NCBI GenBank assembly: GCA_030141605.1
Contig: JAQGDQ010000276.1
Location: 1 to 64,000, forward strand
Length of the DNA stretch: 64,000 bases
Origin: Tubiluchus corallicola
Lineage: Eukaryota > Animalia > Priapulida
Direction of reading: 5' to 3'
Made by a program: the position numbers and the translations under genes. The notes below the pieces were generated by a model that worked only from the letters and a program-made list of their open reading frames with translations, made no database searches and was not told where the DNA came from. Shown one piece after another: positions 53,131 through 64,000 of this stretch; the first letter of the stretch is position 1; the number at the start of each line of letters is the position of its first letter.

Positions 53131-56100
53131 TGCCCGGGGCACATCAATGCAGTTGCATATTAGATACATGCAGTTATAAACTGCCAAGCTAAATCCATTC
53201 TCTGAATTGATTATAATCAACAAAATATTAAATAATATTCGTGAGCAATGAAATAAAAATGGAGAGAACTAAGACCATTCTACAAAATCTTTTAAAAACT
53301 CATTAATGTCACGAATCGCGTTTTGTATCTTTTTATACGAAACCAAATATAATTATTAACTTAATATGTAATTAATTGTTTTCAATTTAGGCGTGATAGC
53401 TATAACTGTCCCAAACTGGTGTACATGTTAAAATCAGAGCCGAAACGAAAAGCCGCTTGGTTAAAAGCAAAAAGTGCAAATTGTAGCCAATGACAGACAA
53501 GATATTTACAGGAATCACTTTAATGTCATTCAGAAGATTCAGATGTGGGTTTGAAAGTAAATACTGCAGTTAGTTTTAGGGGTGACATTTAACATTTAAA
53601 CTACTTTGACTCCACTGCTACACTTTGGACTAAAAGGTAGGATTTGCACAGAGTGAGTACCCAGGCACGGCGCTTGCGCTGCAATATTTTAATCAATAAT
53701 TTTCTTAAACCTAATCAAAATTGCAAAACTGATCTGGCTCAGTGGTCGTTTTACAGCTGGAATTTTTAATAAAAGTTTCATAATATTTACAATTTCCTTC
53801 TAACAATTTATATGTCTAACTTCCAGTGTGTCATTAAAGACTTTTAGAAGTATATTATTCAAAACTTTAAGACTATATATGTATCCTTAATTCACTACTG
53901 TTTCGTATTGTCTTGTTGCTCTTAAGCTCTTGAAAAAACCCAAGAGTTTCTTCACAAAAAACAGGGGCTGTACCTATCTGTTCAAAAGTGTTAGTTTATG
54001 ACGTACTGCACACGTTCGGCAGCTTATGCGCAAGCACAGCAGTAAATTTAAAATTTGAATTTTTTTCTTAAAATTTGCCTTGTATAACACACTGAATCTC
54101 TTATAATAGTGCTGTACTTCTATTTTTGCTTTTGCAAACACGTGTAGCACACTCATGGATTGTTTCTGCTGTTGAAAAGAATGTTTGTTTGTAATGTCAT
54201 CAATAGTTGGGCTCGCTCGCCGTTAATTAAGATTTTAATCTATTATTTAATTATCAGAAAACCTTTTGCAGTATTACTGTTGTTAAAATGTATACTTTTT
54301 ACTGAACTTGAAAATGGTGTAGTACATGAAAAATCATCCTGTCTTCCTTAGTAATAAAAATTTTTTGGCTGCCCCAGTCTCGTCGGTTTACAAGAGAAAT
54401 GAGTTTTCAAGTAGCGAAAAGAAGCTCACAAACATAGACTCACAATGCTAACGTTTGCACCTTGGCAATCTGCGTGAACCTCGTTGAAGAGCAGCCACTC
54501 GATAAAAAGAATTCTAGGCACAAATAACAAATTTATATAATAGCCTAGTATGCAGCATTAGTCTAAACTATATCCTAACTATAGTCTAAACTAAACTAAA
54601 CTATATTAAATGTTCTGGAGCTTTCGAACAGATTACATTTAATTTGTTACAAACTGCGCAAGGCTAAACATTCCAGTGCTTCCTATACTATTTTAAAATT
54701 AAGTTAAAAATATTCGTGTAATTGTATTTTTGTTAATTAGTTTAGTTTATTATAATTGCACATCATTGCATTATGTATACAGAGTTTAGTAAATAAATAT
54801 CGTTAGTAGAATACGCACAGTAATTCAGAGTGAGTAAGCCTATTCGCAAATAACAGCTGCTCTTTGTTGTTACACTTTGTTTTGTTTTTATTTATCAAGC
54901 ATAGGCTTGCTCAACTTTATCGGTCAGTGCAGACAGTGACCACTCGGCCATATCCTTGAATTTCACGTCATAGCTTTTGACATTACGACATTTTCACATT
55001 ATGGTAGGCCTCTTAATTGATATTCCAAATTTATGCGAACTTGGAATTTCAAGACTGCCTGATTTACATACTTCGAAAACGTTTTTGACTATATTCGTCA
55101 GCAGAATGTTTACCATAGGTACCATACAAAAACATGTCTTAATTATTTATTATATAGTCGCCTGGTTCAATGCTCGTTTTATGCTAATATTTCGCATCTT
55201 ATCATCCTGCTTACATTCATTAAATTTAGTCATTTCTTCTCGTGACAAGACCAAATTATGGGGCACACACACAAGTAGGGCGTTCACGAAAGAAATCACT
55301 GAGTTGTCCAAATAGCCGATAGATGGCAGTAGAAACTTGAAATCCACTCCGCTTGGTTTAGACCGCGAACGCTAACGTTGATACTTTACCGATCTGCGTT
55401 GTGAAATTTGGATGAATTCTGTGGATAAGCAGACGGTCGATACTAACCTTTCTTCTAAGCGCTGATAATAAATTCTTGTCGTATCCCAATATCCAGCTTT
55501 GTACAGACTACAGCTAACACGCATTAAATGTCTTGTAGTTTTTAAGCAGATGCGTTTAATGTGTTACAAATTGCGGTACACTAACATTTACGGCTATTAT
55601 GCAACAGTTTTAACATTTAGTTAGTATTACATCAATGCGAATACTTATTGTGTAAATTAATTTAACTTATACTATCTGTACATTGTACCCCAATGTATAA
55701 TGTACAGTTTTAGTGCGTTTACACTATTTTGAGATCAAAAGTTCAAGGGTACATATTTTTAAAATTCATTATTATCTGTCCTTTGTTAGATTTTGCCTCA
55801 TTTTCGAGCGCGAGCGATAAACTTTAGCCAGTGAAATATTAGCAAATGAGTCAAAGTAGGAACTGCCTTTTTTAAACCAAAAAATAAAAAATACAGCAAC
55901 CATTTGTAAACACCAGACACCATATAATAGGACTGGAGATATTCAAATAATAATAATAATGTAATTGGGTTGGGGTGGGTTGGGTTGGGGTATACACATG
56001 ATAAGTCAGCTAGTGAGTAACGCACAAGGCATCAAAAGTGCCAGCCAAAGCATTCAACTCAAACCTAAGCAAACTAGTGCAAAGACGAAATTTTGTTAAA

Positions 56101-56277
56101 AAAGTTATAACTTCTTAAAACATAGGGACAACATTTACTTTTAATAAATGTTTAAACAGTCGTTAGATACTTAATTATTAATTAACATTATCATAGCACA
56201 AAAATACTGATGCATCACCAATACGATAAATTGTCATTCCAGTTTTAATCTGCAGAAACAATATTTTATTCAATGCG

Positions 56278-58530
56278 TCACGTGTCTCTCTTAGCATTGT
56301 AATGACTAGAACCGAAAGAGCCCATGTAGGCAGACCATGCTTGCTTTTCAAAAGGCAATATCTGCCCACATACTTGATTGGACTGCAGCTGTTCCTTGCA
56401 TCCGCAACTCAGTTTCATTCTATATACGGTCATTTGTCCCATGTGCACATTGTACGGATTATAGTCTGTTTGCGATTCATAGATGCCGCTGTTGTCGTTT
56501 GGATGATTTCCTTCCACACACTCTTTTGTAATGTGCTCTTCGTATGCATCGTGATCCATACCGAAATACCTAGACATTGGATCAAATCTTTCAGCTTCTT
56601 TGCTTAATTTGTCCAGTATGCAGTCCCTATCACCTGGTAAAATAGCTTGAGTTTTTGCTGGAAAGAACCAATAAGTAGCAAATATCACATCTATAGTAGA
56701 CAGATTGTTGTTGATGTTGTTCGGTAGAAGTGAAGGAGCTAGCGTTCCAGTGGATAAAAGCCTCTGAACACCGTGATCGTCATGAGCACCCACGTGTCGT
56801 TTCTGATATGTTTTAGATTTGAAATTAAAGCTCTCCGGGTTTTTTTTATGTATAGTTTTAGTGTTTCGCTTTGATTTACGTGTTGTTTCATCATAACGTT
56901 CAGTGAGCCTAAGATAGTCATCCATGTATTCTGGATGATTTCTCAGCCATTTCAGCGCAAGAGCTGATGTGTTCACAGCGTCTTTGTATTCTTGATGCTT
57001 TCTTTCATTGGAATCATAGACTACTGTTCCAGGAACATCAGATTTTCTACTCATCATGTACATCTGGCTATAGCCATGTGATTTAAAACGTAGTTTACAG
57101 AAATCTGACCGACTCTGTTCGTGCACATTGGTACCTTTAACAAAAGTGAAATTTTTGCCTTCTTCGCTAGACATAGTGCAATCAGCAATCCAGTAGAGGA
57201 ATATATCATTACCACTTCCGTCAACTGACACTGTAAGTGGTGAATTCTGGGATCCCACAGTATCTATTATGTAAGGCTTTAACAAAGGCTTTCCATTCTT
57301 GCCATCCAAAATGGTAGTTTTTGACTGGTAGTAAATAGGAAAACCGGGACCTTCAGCATACTTAATCATGAAATCAGGAATAACATCATCATTGTAGTAT
57401 CCCACAGCAGGAGTAGTGTATGACTCTGAACTGGGTATTTCAAACTTCCATACAATTTCCAATGTAGCCCCATTTATAGCATATACTACAGAATTGTATC
57501 CTGGCACAATAAAGTCTTCCACTCCATCACGTGTAATGTCGACTAATACGGGAGGGGTCATGAATCCCTTCTTTGCATCCGTTAATAATTGTTTAGCTTT
57601 TTCTATTTTTCCTACGAACAAATCCCCAATTTTTATGTACCACAAGCTTCCGCCATGAGTTTCACCCCCGGTGCCAAACAACAATCCCTGACCTCCATCT
57701 GCAGATGTCACCACCTGAGGAGAATAATATGATTCTCGTACATCGGGTACGCCAATGTACTTTAAGACTTTACCGGTTCTCCCGCTGAAAAAGATGATTC
57801 TTCCTGATAAACGAAACTCACTCCCTGGATCAGCTAGAGGATCACCACCGTGAATGTTGATAATGTCTTCAATGCCATCGCCGTCAATATCACTTATAAA
57901 CTGGGCCGTGTAAACATTCATGATGTCGTTTTTAGCTTTCTGAGGACCAAACATCCACAACTGAGTGCCGAAAGCACAGCTCACGGCATGCATGACACCA
58001 GCTCGTCCTGCCGCAATACAGTCCACTACGCCATCCCGGTCAATGTCCACCTCACAAGTTACAGCGTACACTTCATGTTCTGTAAAGTACTTCCACAATA
58101 CTTTGCCATCACGACCGTCAAGTGCCAGTAATCCACCAAAACACGGAAACATTCCATCAAAATACAAATCACAGACAATTTCAGGAATGTTGTATCCATC
58201 TGCTCCAGTGGCAAATCCCATTATTATATCCAATGTTCCATCTTGGTTTACATCAACTAGACGTATAGCGCTTTCTGTGAGCAGCTTTGGAAAATTTTGC
58301 GTCCACACGTCTTCGACTGAAAACACGGAACAGCCAACAATTTCACTAGTTTGTACTGTACTCCTTGTGTAAGTCTCGTAATAGTGATAGACGAAAAAAC
58401 CGACAGCAACTAATATTATCAGCAATGCTGAGAATATACAGCAGAAAGATATGTTGCATCCCCTGGTTTTTGTCTTGGCGTAAACTCGGTCACCGTTTGG
58501 CGAAGTTCGCTTACTCTTTTGACGAGGCAT
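56278..58530 (-). CDS. FAM234B: FAM234-family (FAM234B/ITFG3-like) type II membrane protein with FG-GAP-like beta-propeller repeats; single-exon CDS, 750 aa
   Basis: Intact ATG-to-TGA ORF; N-terminal TM helix (CCIFSALLIILVAVGFFVY); repeated DxxxDGxxD loops (DVNQDGTLD, DIDRDGVVD, DIDGDGIED, DITRDGVED) and GxxxW blades; LFGTGGETHGG. CDS is solid; the orthology label is tentative. Confidence 0.85.
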   Translation of the reverse strand: MPRQKSKRTSPNGDRVYAKTKTRGCNISFCCIFSALLIILVAVGFFVYHYYETYTRSTVQTSEIVGCSVFSVEDVWTQNFPKLLTESAIRLVDVNQDGTLDIIMGFATGADGYNIPEIVCDLYFDGMFPCFGGLLALDGRDGKVLWKYFTEHEVYAVTCEVDIDRDGVVDCIAAGRAGVMHAVSCAFGTQLWMFGPQKAKNDIMNVYTAQFISDIDGDGIEDIINIHGGDPLADPGSEFRLSGRIIFFSGRTGKVLKYIGVPDVRESYYSPQVVTSADGGQGLLFGTGGETHGGSLWYIKIGDLFVGKIEKAKQLLTDAKKGFMTPPVLVDITRDGVEDFIVPGYNSVVYAINGATLEIVWKFEIPSSESYTTPAVGYYNDDVIPDFMIKYAEGPGFPIYYQSKTTILDGKNGKPLLKPYIIDTVGSQNSPLTVSVDGSGNDIFLYWIADCTMSSEEGKNFTFVKGTNVHEQSRSDFCKLRFKSHGYSQMYMMSRKSDVPGTVVYDSNERKHQEYKDAVNTSALALKWLRNHPEYMDDYLRLTERYDETTRKSKRNTKTIHKKNPESFNFKSKTYQKRHVGAHDDHGVQRLLSTGTLAPSLLPNNINNNLSTIDVIFATYWFFPAKTQAILPGDRDCILDKLSKEAERFDPMSRYFGMDHDAYEEHITKECVEGNHPNDNSGIYESQTDYNPYNVHMGQMTVYRMKLSCGCKEQLQSNQVCGQILPFEKQAWSAYMGSFGSSHYNAKRDT

Positions 58531-59767
58531 ATCAAAAATAGCCTTTCACAAAACTATCACAGAAATTGAGAAAATTGAGAAATTCCACGGTTCAGAACAC
58601 ATCTTTTTCCAACTAATTATTTAATAAGCACCATCTGTTTCCATATACAGAAGCGACATAACATCTCACTTGTTTTCTTAGCACTCAACGGGAATTATTT
58701 ACTTGCCTGGAAAAAACAAACAGCTTCTGATCAGTTTCTGGTGTCATAATAAAATAATTCTCTCTCCGTAAAATATTAAAATTCTAGAAGCTAAAGGCAC
58801 TTAGAATGACAATGACGCATGCACAACATGAGAAGCCAACTAAAAGCAACGCCTACGTCATTTTAGCTGACAGTGATGTTAATCATGTTAGCAAAATGCT
58901 GTCCTTTAAGTCAGGGTAAATTTATGTTCCTATACAGGTAAACACTTTTGCTCGAAACGCATGTGATTAAAATTAATTCCATGAAATTTGCCATTTTCTA
59001 GTATAAATTTCAGACGTCTATTGAGTGTCTCCATTAATTGTACTCGAAATATAATGTGTAGTTATGGCGTAACACGGCGAAGTCATCACGAAGCAGCAAC
59101 ACGTTATTATTAGCTGCGTCATGCGAAGTTGGGTCTGGGGAAGGTAATGAGATAAAGAGTGTTAGTACCAATGACGTTGGTGTTGATGATTTTACCTTTG
59201 GCTTTTGAATCCTGTAAAACGTCCGCTCGATAAAGACAATTCTAGGTATGAGTTGAAAAAAAAGTCATAGAATAACAGGGCCTCAAGTGAAGCATTTTGA
59301 ATAAAGTATCATAATTTGGCAATCCTAACTTTTCGTACTCGATTTTTTCACACTAGCTGAAACGTTAGGACAAGCAGTTATAGGCGCTTTAAGAAGCCCT
59401 CATTTAATAAAATGTACAGATACAGGCGTGAGGGCTGCGTCCGGCGCAATATAATATTGGAATCAATACACAGAGGTAATAAACGTATTGCAGAACGAAT
59501 GTGTCACAGTCAAAACTGCAATCCACGTCAATATGGATTGTAAACGGATCATAAAATGTAAATTATGTTTTTTATAAGACGCCCTTTGTGAGTTCTTATA
59601 CATACAATTATTATACATGCCTATTTTCTGCATGATAATTAGTTTCAATTTACTTAATCAATTTAGTTTAATTTGCTATCATTGTTTTGTGTTTTATGGA
59701 CTTCGTGTTAGGTTTACTCTATAAAATAAATAAGTCAATTTTTTATTGCAGACACTTAAAAACACTA

Positions 59768-59857
59768 ATAGTTTAAACACCATAACTTTATTAAAACCTT
59801 TAATTCGTTAATTTAATTAAATTAAAAGTTTTAATAAAGTTGTGGTGTCTTAACTAT
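59768..59857. repeat. Hairpin / MITE-like inverted repeat (38-bp arms)
   Basis: ATAGTTTAAACACCATAACTTTATTAAAACCTTTAATT matches the reverse complement of 59820-59857 at ~34/38. Confidence 0.8.
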
Positions 59858-61592
59858 AAAGTAAATAAGTAAATAAATAAATGAACGAATAACTACACGA
59901 ATTAAACAGACACTCTTGCTATTATTCGCCCAAAGCAAATTTAGCATCCTACATCATGATGTGTGCTGGCTGATTCGATAACGTACATTTTCGCAACCTC
60001 TTCCCATATAAGATAGTCACGATTTGCATAATTGACACTTTTTTATGTTACAGATGAATATAAGTGATTTGATTTGACTTAATAAGAGAGGAAAAAGTAG
60101 TGTCCGGTCCATACTACTTTATTATTTTTAGTATACTATATATACATGTAGTTGTAGATATTTAGCAATAACACAGAGCAAGTAAATTTTAAAAATAAAA
60201 CACCAAAAAATCTGATAACACAGATTAATTCTCAATCTCTCAAAAAATCTCAAACATAAAAAATACAAATAAAAAGAAGGAAAGGTCACAAGGTTTTGAA
60301 CTACCACTGCAGTTGTGTACAATACAATAACAACATGTACAACCCGCGGGCTACTGATTTTCATTCTGCATTATAGAAATATATAATAAACCGTTAATAA
60401 TAGTTATATATTTTATAAGCCGATACAACAGTATTTAAATGATGAATGTTAAGCTAGCCTTATAAAGTCTGCTGCGCTGTTAAATCTTAAGCTTACTTAC
60501 CTTATCATAATTATTAAACGAGATTGTAAAAAAGACAATTTTTCATTTTATTGTCTTTATAATAAACCACCGGCTATACACAATTACATGTACAACTGCT
60601 TATCCACGTTACGGCAACTGAATTCAAAGTTATATATTACTCATCTGTTGTCGCTAACGTGCTTACGACGCCATCATAGCCACAGCCGCTCTCCTGTTCT
60701 GCTGCTTGCAGCGCTACAGAAGAACTCAGGTATTGATTTGTCGTGGGCTTCAGTGGTTTTTAAATAATTGGCAACAGCATTGTTGTTGCTATGAAAATCC
60801 GATAAAAGAGACTAATCTTGAAAGTTGACTACGCTGTGTTAGTTAAAAGACAATGAAAATACTAAAAGGGGTCACGTTGAAATATCGTAACTGCTTATTT
60901 TAGACAACAAGGTGACAAAAACTGACTAACGGTGAAAAAATTCTAGGTCCTCTATGACTCTTTAATTATTCCCACACTTTGTTTTCGGAAAACAAATTTT
61001 ACAACTAATCCACGACCACTGGTCGATTTTTACATCGGTCATTATTTAGAAAGTTAATTTATTCTGCTTTTAAATGTGCGGAATCATGAAAACGAAGCCC
61101 AAGTTGCATTGACAAAAATCACAAAAATTTTCATCAAACTCATACATGTTTCCCAGGCAGTCACTTTGCACGGGTATCGGGCAACATAGTCATAGGCCTC
61201 TGCAGCATCTAGAGAACTCATACTTTATCTTAGTTGCTAACTTAGTCAGACATGATGAAACGGATAGAATGCGGAAGATGGAAAATGAACACCACCTGGG
61301 CCAGCGCCAAAACCAACCAATCGACGTTTGTGTGTAAGATTTTAAGATAGTCGTGGTAAATGAAACTTACGCTGTAATTAATGAGAAATATCCGCAGTTG
61401 ACATTGTGCGCAGACCAAAAGGCAATATGGTTTCTGGCTCGGCATCTTGATTCAAAAAATGTAGGTCGTCGACGAAATTCGCATATTTTGGACAAAAACT
61501 GAATTCGTGCATAAAGCAGCCAGTTGATTGATAGTCACACATGACTAACATTTAGTCAAACAAATTGACTACAATTGTCAATAACGAATGTC

Positions 61593-62440
61593 AAAACAAG
61601 TTCTTAGTGGTGCAGACAGAAAGGATTTGAATGCAACAAGTTATATTCGAACTATTGACTGAAAAATTCGCTGAACTCGAGACTGGATAAAAAATCCGAC
61701 ACCGTCAATAGGTACGATATTTGTTCTAGTCTACTATATTCACTTGCAGATTGATGTTAGGTTTAGGTTTTTAGGTTTCATTAGAAAATGACATCAATGC
61801 AGCTATCTTGAATTCCAATCGATGCGGAACTGGCAAAATGGCAAAGCCTTAAACTTTTTACAAAAACTATGTTATCGCCATCATCTTGAATTGCCAACGG
61901 CGAATCAAAAAGCTGACTGAGCAGAATTCGTTCTATTACGTTCTTAAAAGATTTCATAACGATCCATTGTTGGATTCACATAACTTTTGTCAAAAATGTT
62001 TTTATCCCAGACGGAATCAGCTGGCAGATCAAAAATCTGACTCCTTCAGTGATGCAGAATTTGTTCTAATACATCGTATAGTTTCATGACGATCAGTTGC
62101 GAACTGACAGAGCCCTAGGCTTTTACAAAAATGATTTTATCGCCGCCATTTTGAATTAAAAAGTGGAGGACTAAAAAACAGACTATGTCAATCGATGCAG
62201 AGATCATTCTAGATATCCATGTGAAGTTTCACGACGATCTATTGTAGATTTACGTAGCCTTAGACTAGTATATCCCTGTAAAATTTTACAGACGATCCGT
62301 TCTGAATTGGCAGAACCTTAGGCTTTTTTCAAAAGGCCAATGTTCAACACAACCTCCCAGTCACCCTCCATCCCCACATACATCTCCTACAAGGACATCA
62401 ACAACATCGACAAGATAAACGATTTAGGTCGAGCTAGAAA
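61593..62440 (+). mobile_element. Probable Helentron-associated (HINE-like) non-autonomous element with internal tandem repeats
   Basis: Begins AAAACAAG, ends GGTCGAGCTAGAAA; repeated internal blocks 'cgcc(a/g)..(c/t)ttgaatt', 'a(a)gtttcatgacgatc' and 'gaactggcaga.ccttaggcttttt'. Confidence 0.5.
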
Positions 62441-63676
62441 TTTGATTCCAGAAGCTTTTTAGTGTTCATAATTCTCGATCGATTAGCTATTATTTTCAAT
62501 AAAATTATTTAAATAATAAATATTGTGTCTCTAACGCCTTTCTACGTAGTGCACAAAAAACACTAACAACGTTTTTTTATTACGTAATTTCAACAATTCC
62601 AGTAGAAATGTATTTCGAAATACAAGTCTATAAGTATTTTTAAGGTGAAACTGAACCTATAACCTGCAAAACATTATAAAAAATTATGCATTTCTCTTTT
62701 TTCATGAACGAATTAGATTCTTAAATAGAACACCCTTCGACAAAAACGTAAAAAATAAGTTTGAGGAAACTCGAATGATAAGACTAAAAATCCTTTGGAT
62801 CGGCAATCGATATTCAGCAAAAGTTTCACAGCGGAGTAGAAGTTTCCAGAGCAGCTATTTCTAGATCAGTGCACTAATGTTATATGCCGATAATGCAGTA
62901 AAATAATTAATCAATAATTGATAGCTTATTAATAATCAATAATAGTCGTTTTCAACTCGGGACTTATCATAGTAACACCACTACTTTGTGGGCAGTAGAA
63001 GGCCATCATGCTTTGAAATTTGAATGCCCGTGGGTCTAGGTTTGTTAATTAATGTAATGATAAGCGATTGTCTTAAAATGTCGCGAATTACAAAAATATT
63101 ACCGATCAGTAACTACACTTCGTTTGCACGGCGCTCCTCGCTTACTCGCCTAATTCTACATGATTTCACAACTCGATTATTATGGCCTAATATGCTATTA
63201 TAATTATTTACATTACGTTCTGATTGCCAATTATATGAGCTTGTTGATCTTGCTGCGCCTGTTCTTGTGCTGAACGTCAATAATTTTTTAACTTCTCGCG
63301 TTCCCTCAAGTTCAAAGGTATATTACAGACAACATGACATTTGTAAAACCAAGAAGAACCAGCTTTGTGCAATCAAGCTAAAGCTAATCTGTTAGCTAGA
63401 TAGTTTATCGGGCACTTTACAGTGTTGTAATGCAGCTATAAATGTCATTCTTTAGAGAAGCACTGAAAGCATTTTAATGTTAAGCGCAAACTTAGTTTAC
63501 TGTAATTTTGTCAAAACCTACTTCAATGCATTATAGGCGATAAGTGAAAAAAGTATTAGTAACGAGGTGCAACGTGCGAAAGTTTGTGGGATACAAATCA
63601 GAGCTACCAGTGTTTAAAGAGGTCAGCAAAGGCTAATTTCCTTTACCCACCGGCTTCATCTTGGCTTCATTTTCCG

Positions 63677-63822
63677 ATGGCAGCGTTCCATTTCCAAGAT
63701 GGATATCTCTACTGTGAAAATGTTCAGTTGAAACAACTGATTGGTGACGCAGCAGAAGTGTTACATAAGACGAGCCCGTTATTTGTGTACAGTTTAAACC
63801 AAATAAAAGAAAACGTTAAAAG
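63677..63822 (+). CDS. lysA: First coding exon of a diaminopimelate decarboxylase (LysA)-like PLP-dependent decarboxylase; gene continues beyond the window
   Basis: MAAFHFQDGYLYCENVQLKQLIGDAAEVLHKTSPLFVYSLNQIKENVK matches the recalled LysA N-terminal pattern (FxxxDGxLxCExVxLxxL..PLYVYS..IxxN); followed by canonical donor AG|GTAAGT, phase 2. Confidence 0.75.
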
Positions 63823-63884
63823 GTAAGTTGCTTGACATGGCAGATCTATATAAAAATAACGTGTGTTAACTGTAAAATTATCAA

Positions 63885-63975
63885 CGTCATCACCATCGTC
63901 GTCATCGTCATTATCTTCATCATCGTTATCATCCTCATCACCATCATCATCGTCATCGTAATAGTATCATCATCG
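63885..63975. repeat. Degenerate (ATC/GTC)n microsatellite in the putative lysA intron 1
   Basis: catcaccatcgtcgtcatcgtcattatcttcatcatc... Confidence 0.85.
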
Positions 63976-64000
63976 TAGAGATTATCGTCAACGTCATATC

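Noticed and set aside
63584-63676. N-terminal extension of the lysA-like ORF in the supplied track
   Set aside because: Starts at a non-ATG codon; LysA similarity begins at the ATG at 63677.

Overview
AT-rich eukaryotic DNA, most likely a marine invertebrate animal (inferred from microsatellites, a GT splice donor and the animal-type TE set). Most ORFs in the supplied track are spurious or are transposon remnants. Two host genes are visible near the right end, divergently oriented: a single-ORF 750-aa FAM234-like membrane beta-propeller protein (56278-58530, minus) and the first coding exon of a diaminopimelate decarboxylase (LysA)-like gene (63677-63822, plus). The middle of the window is mostly decayed transposons. 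It holds a three-level nest: a CR1-group LINE, interrupted by a Ty3/Gypsy element with both LTRs, PBS, PPT and a 5-bp TSD, itself interrupted in gag by a second LINE. It also holds two hAT-type non-autonomous elements with 8-bp TSDs, and a BEL/Pao remnant plus a Tigger/pogo remnant caught in a recent A-B-A'-C-B' duplication. A second Gypsy element (45312-49132) is the most unusual structure. Its 5' LTR contains a 20-nt tRNA-Ser(GCT) complement and a 72-bp copy of its own integrase gene, its 3' end is deleted exactly through that copy, and a ~120-bp inverted duplication of the pol-end/PPT/LTR start caps it. All calls are by eye; no searches were run.
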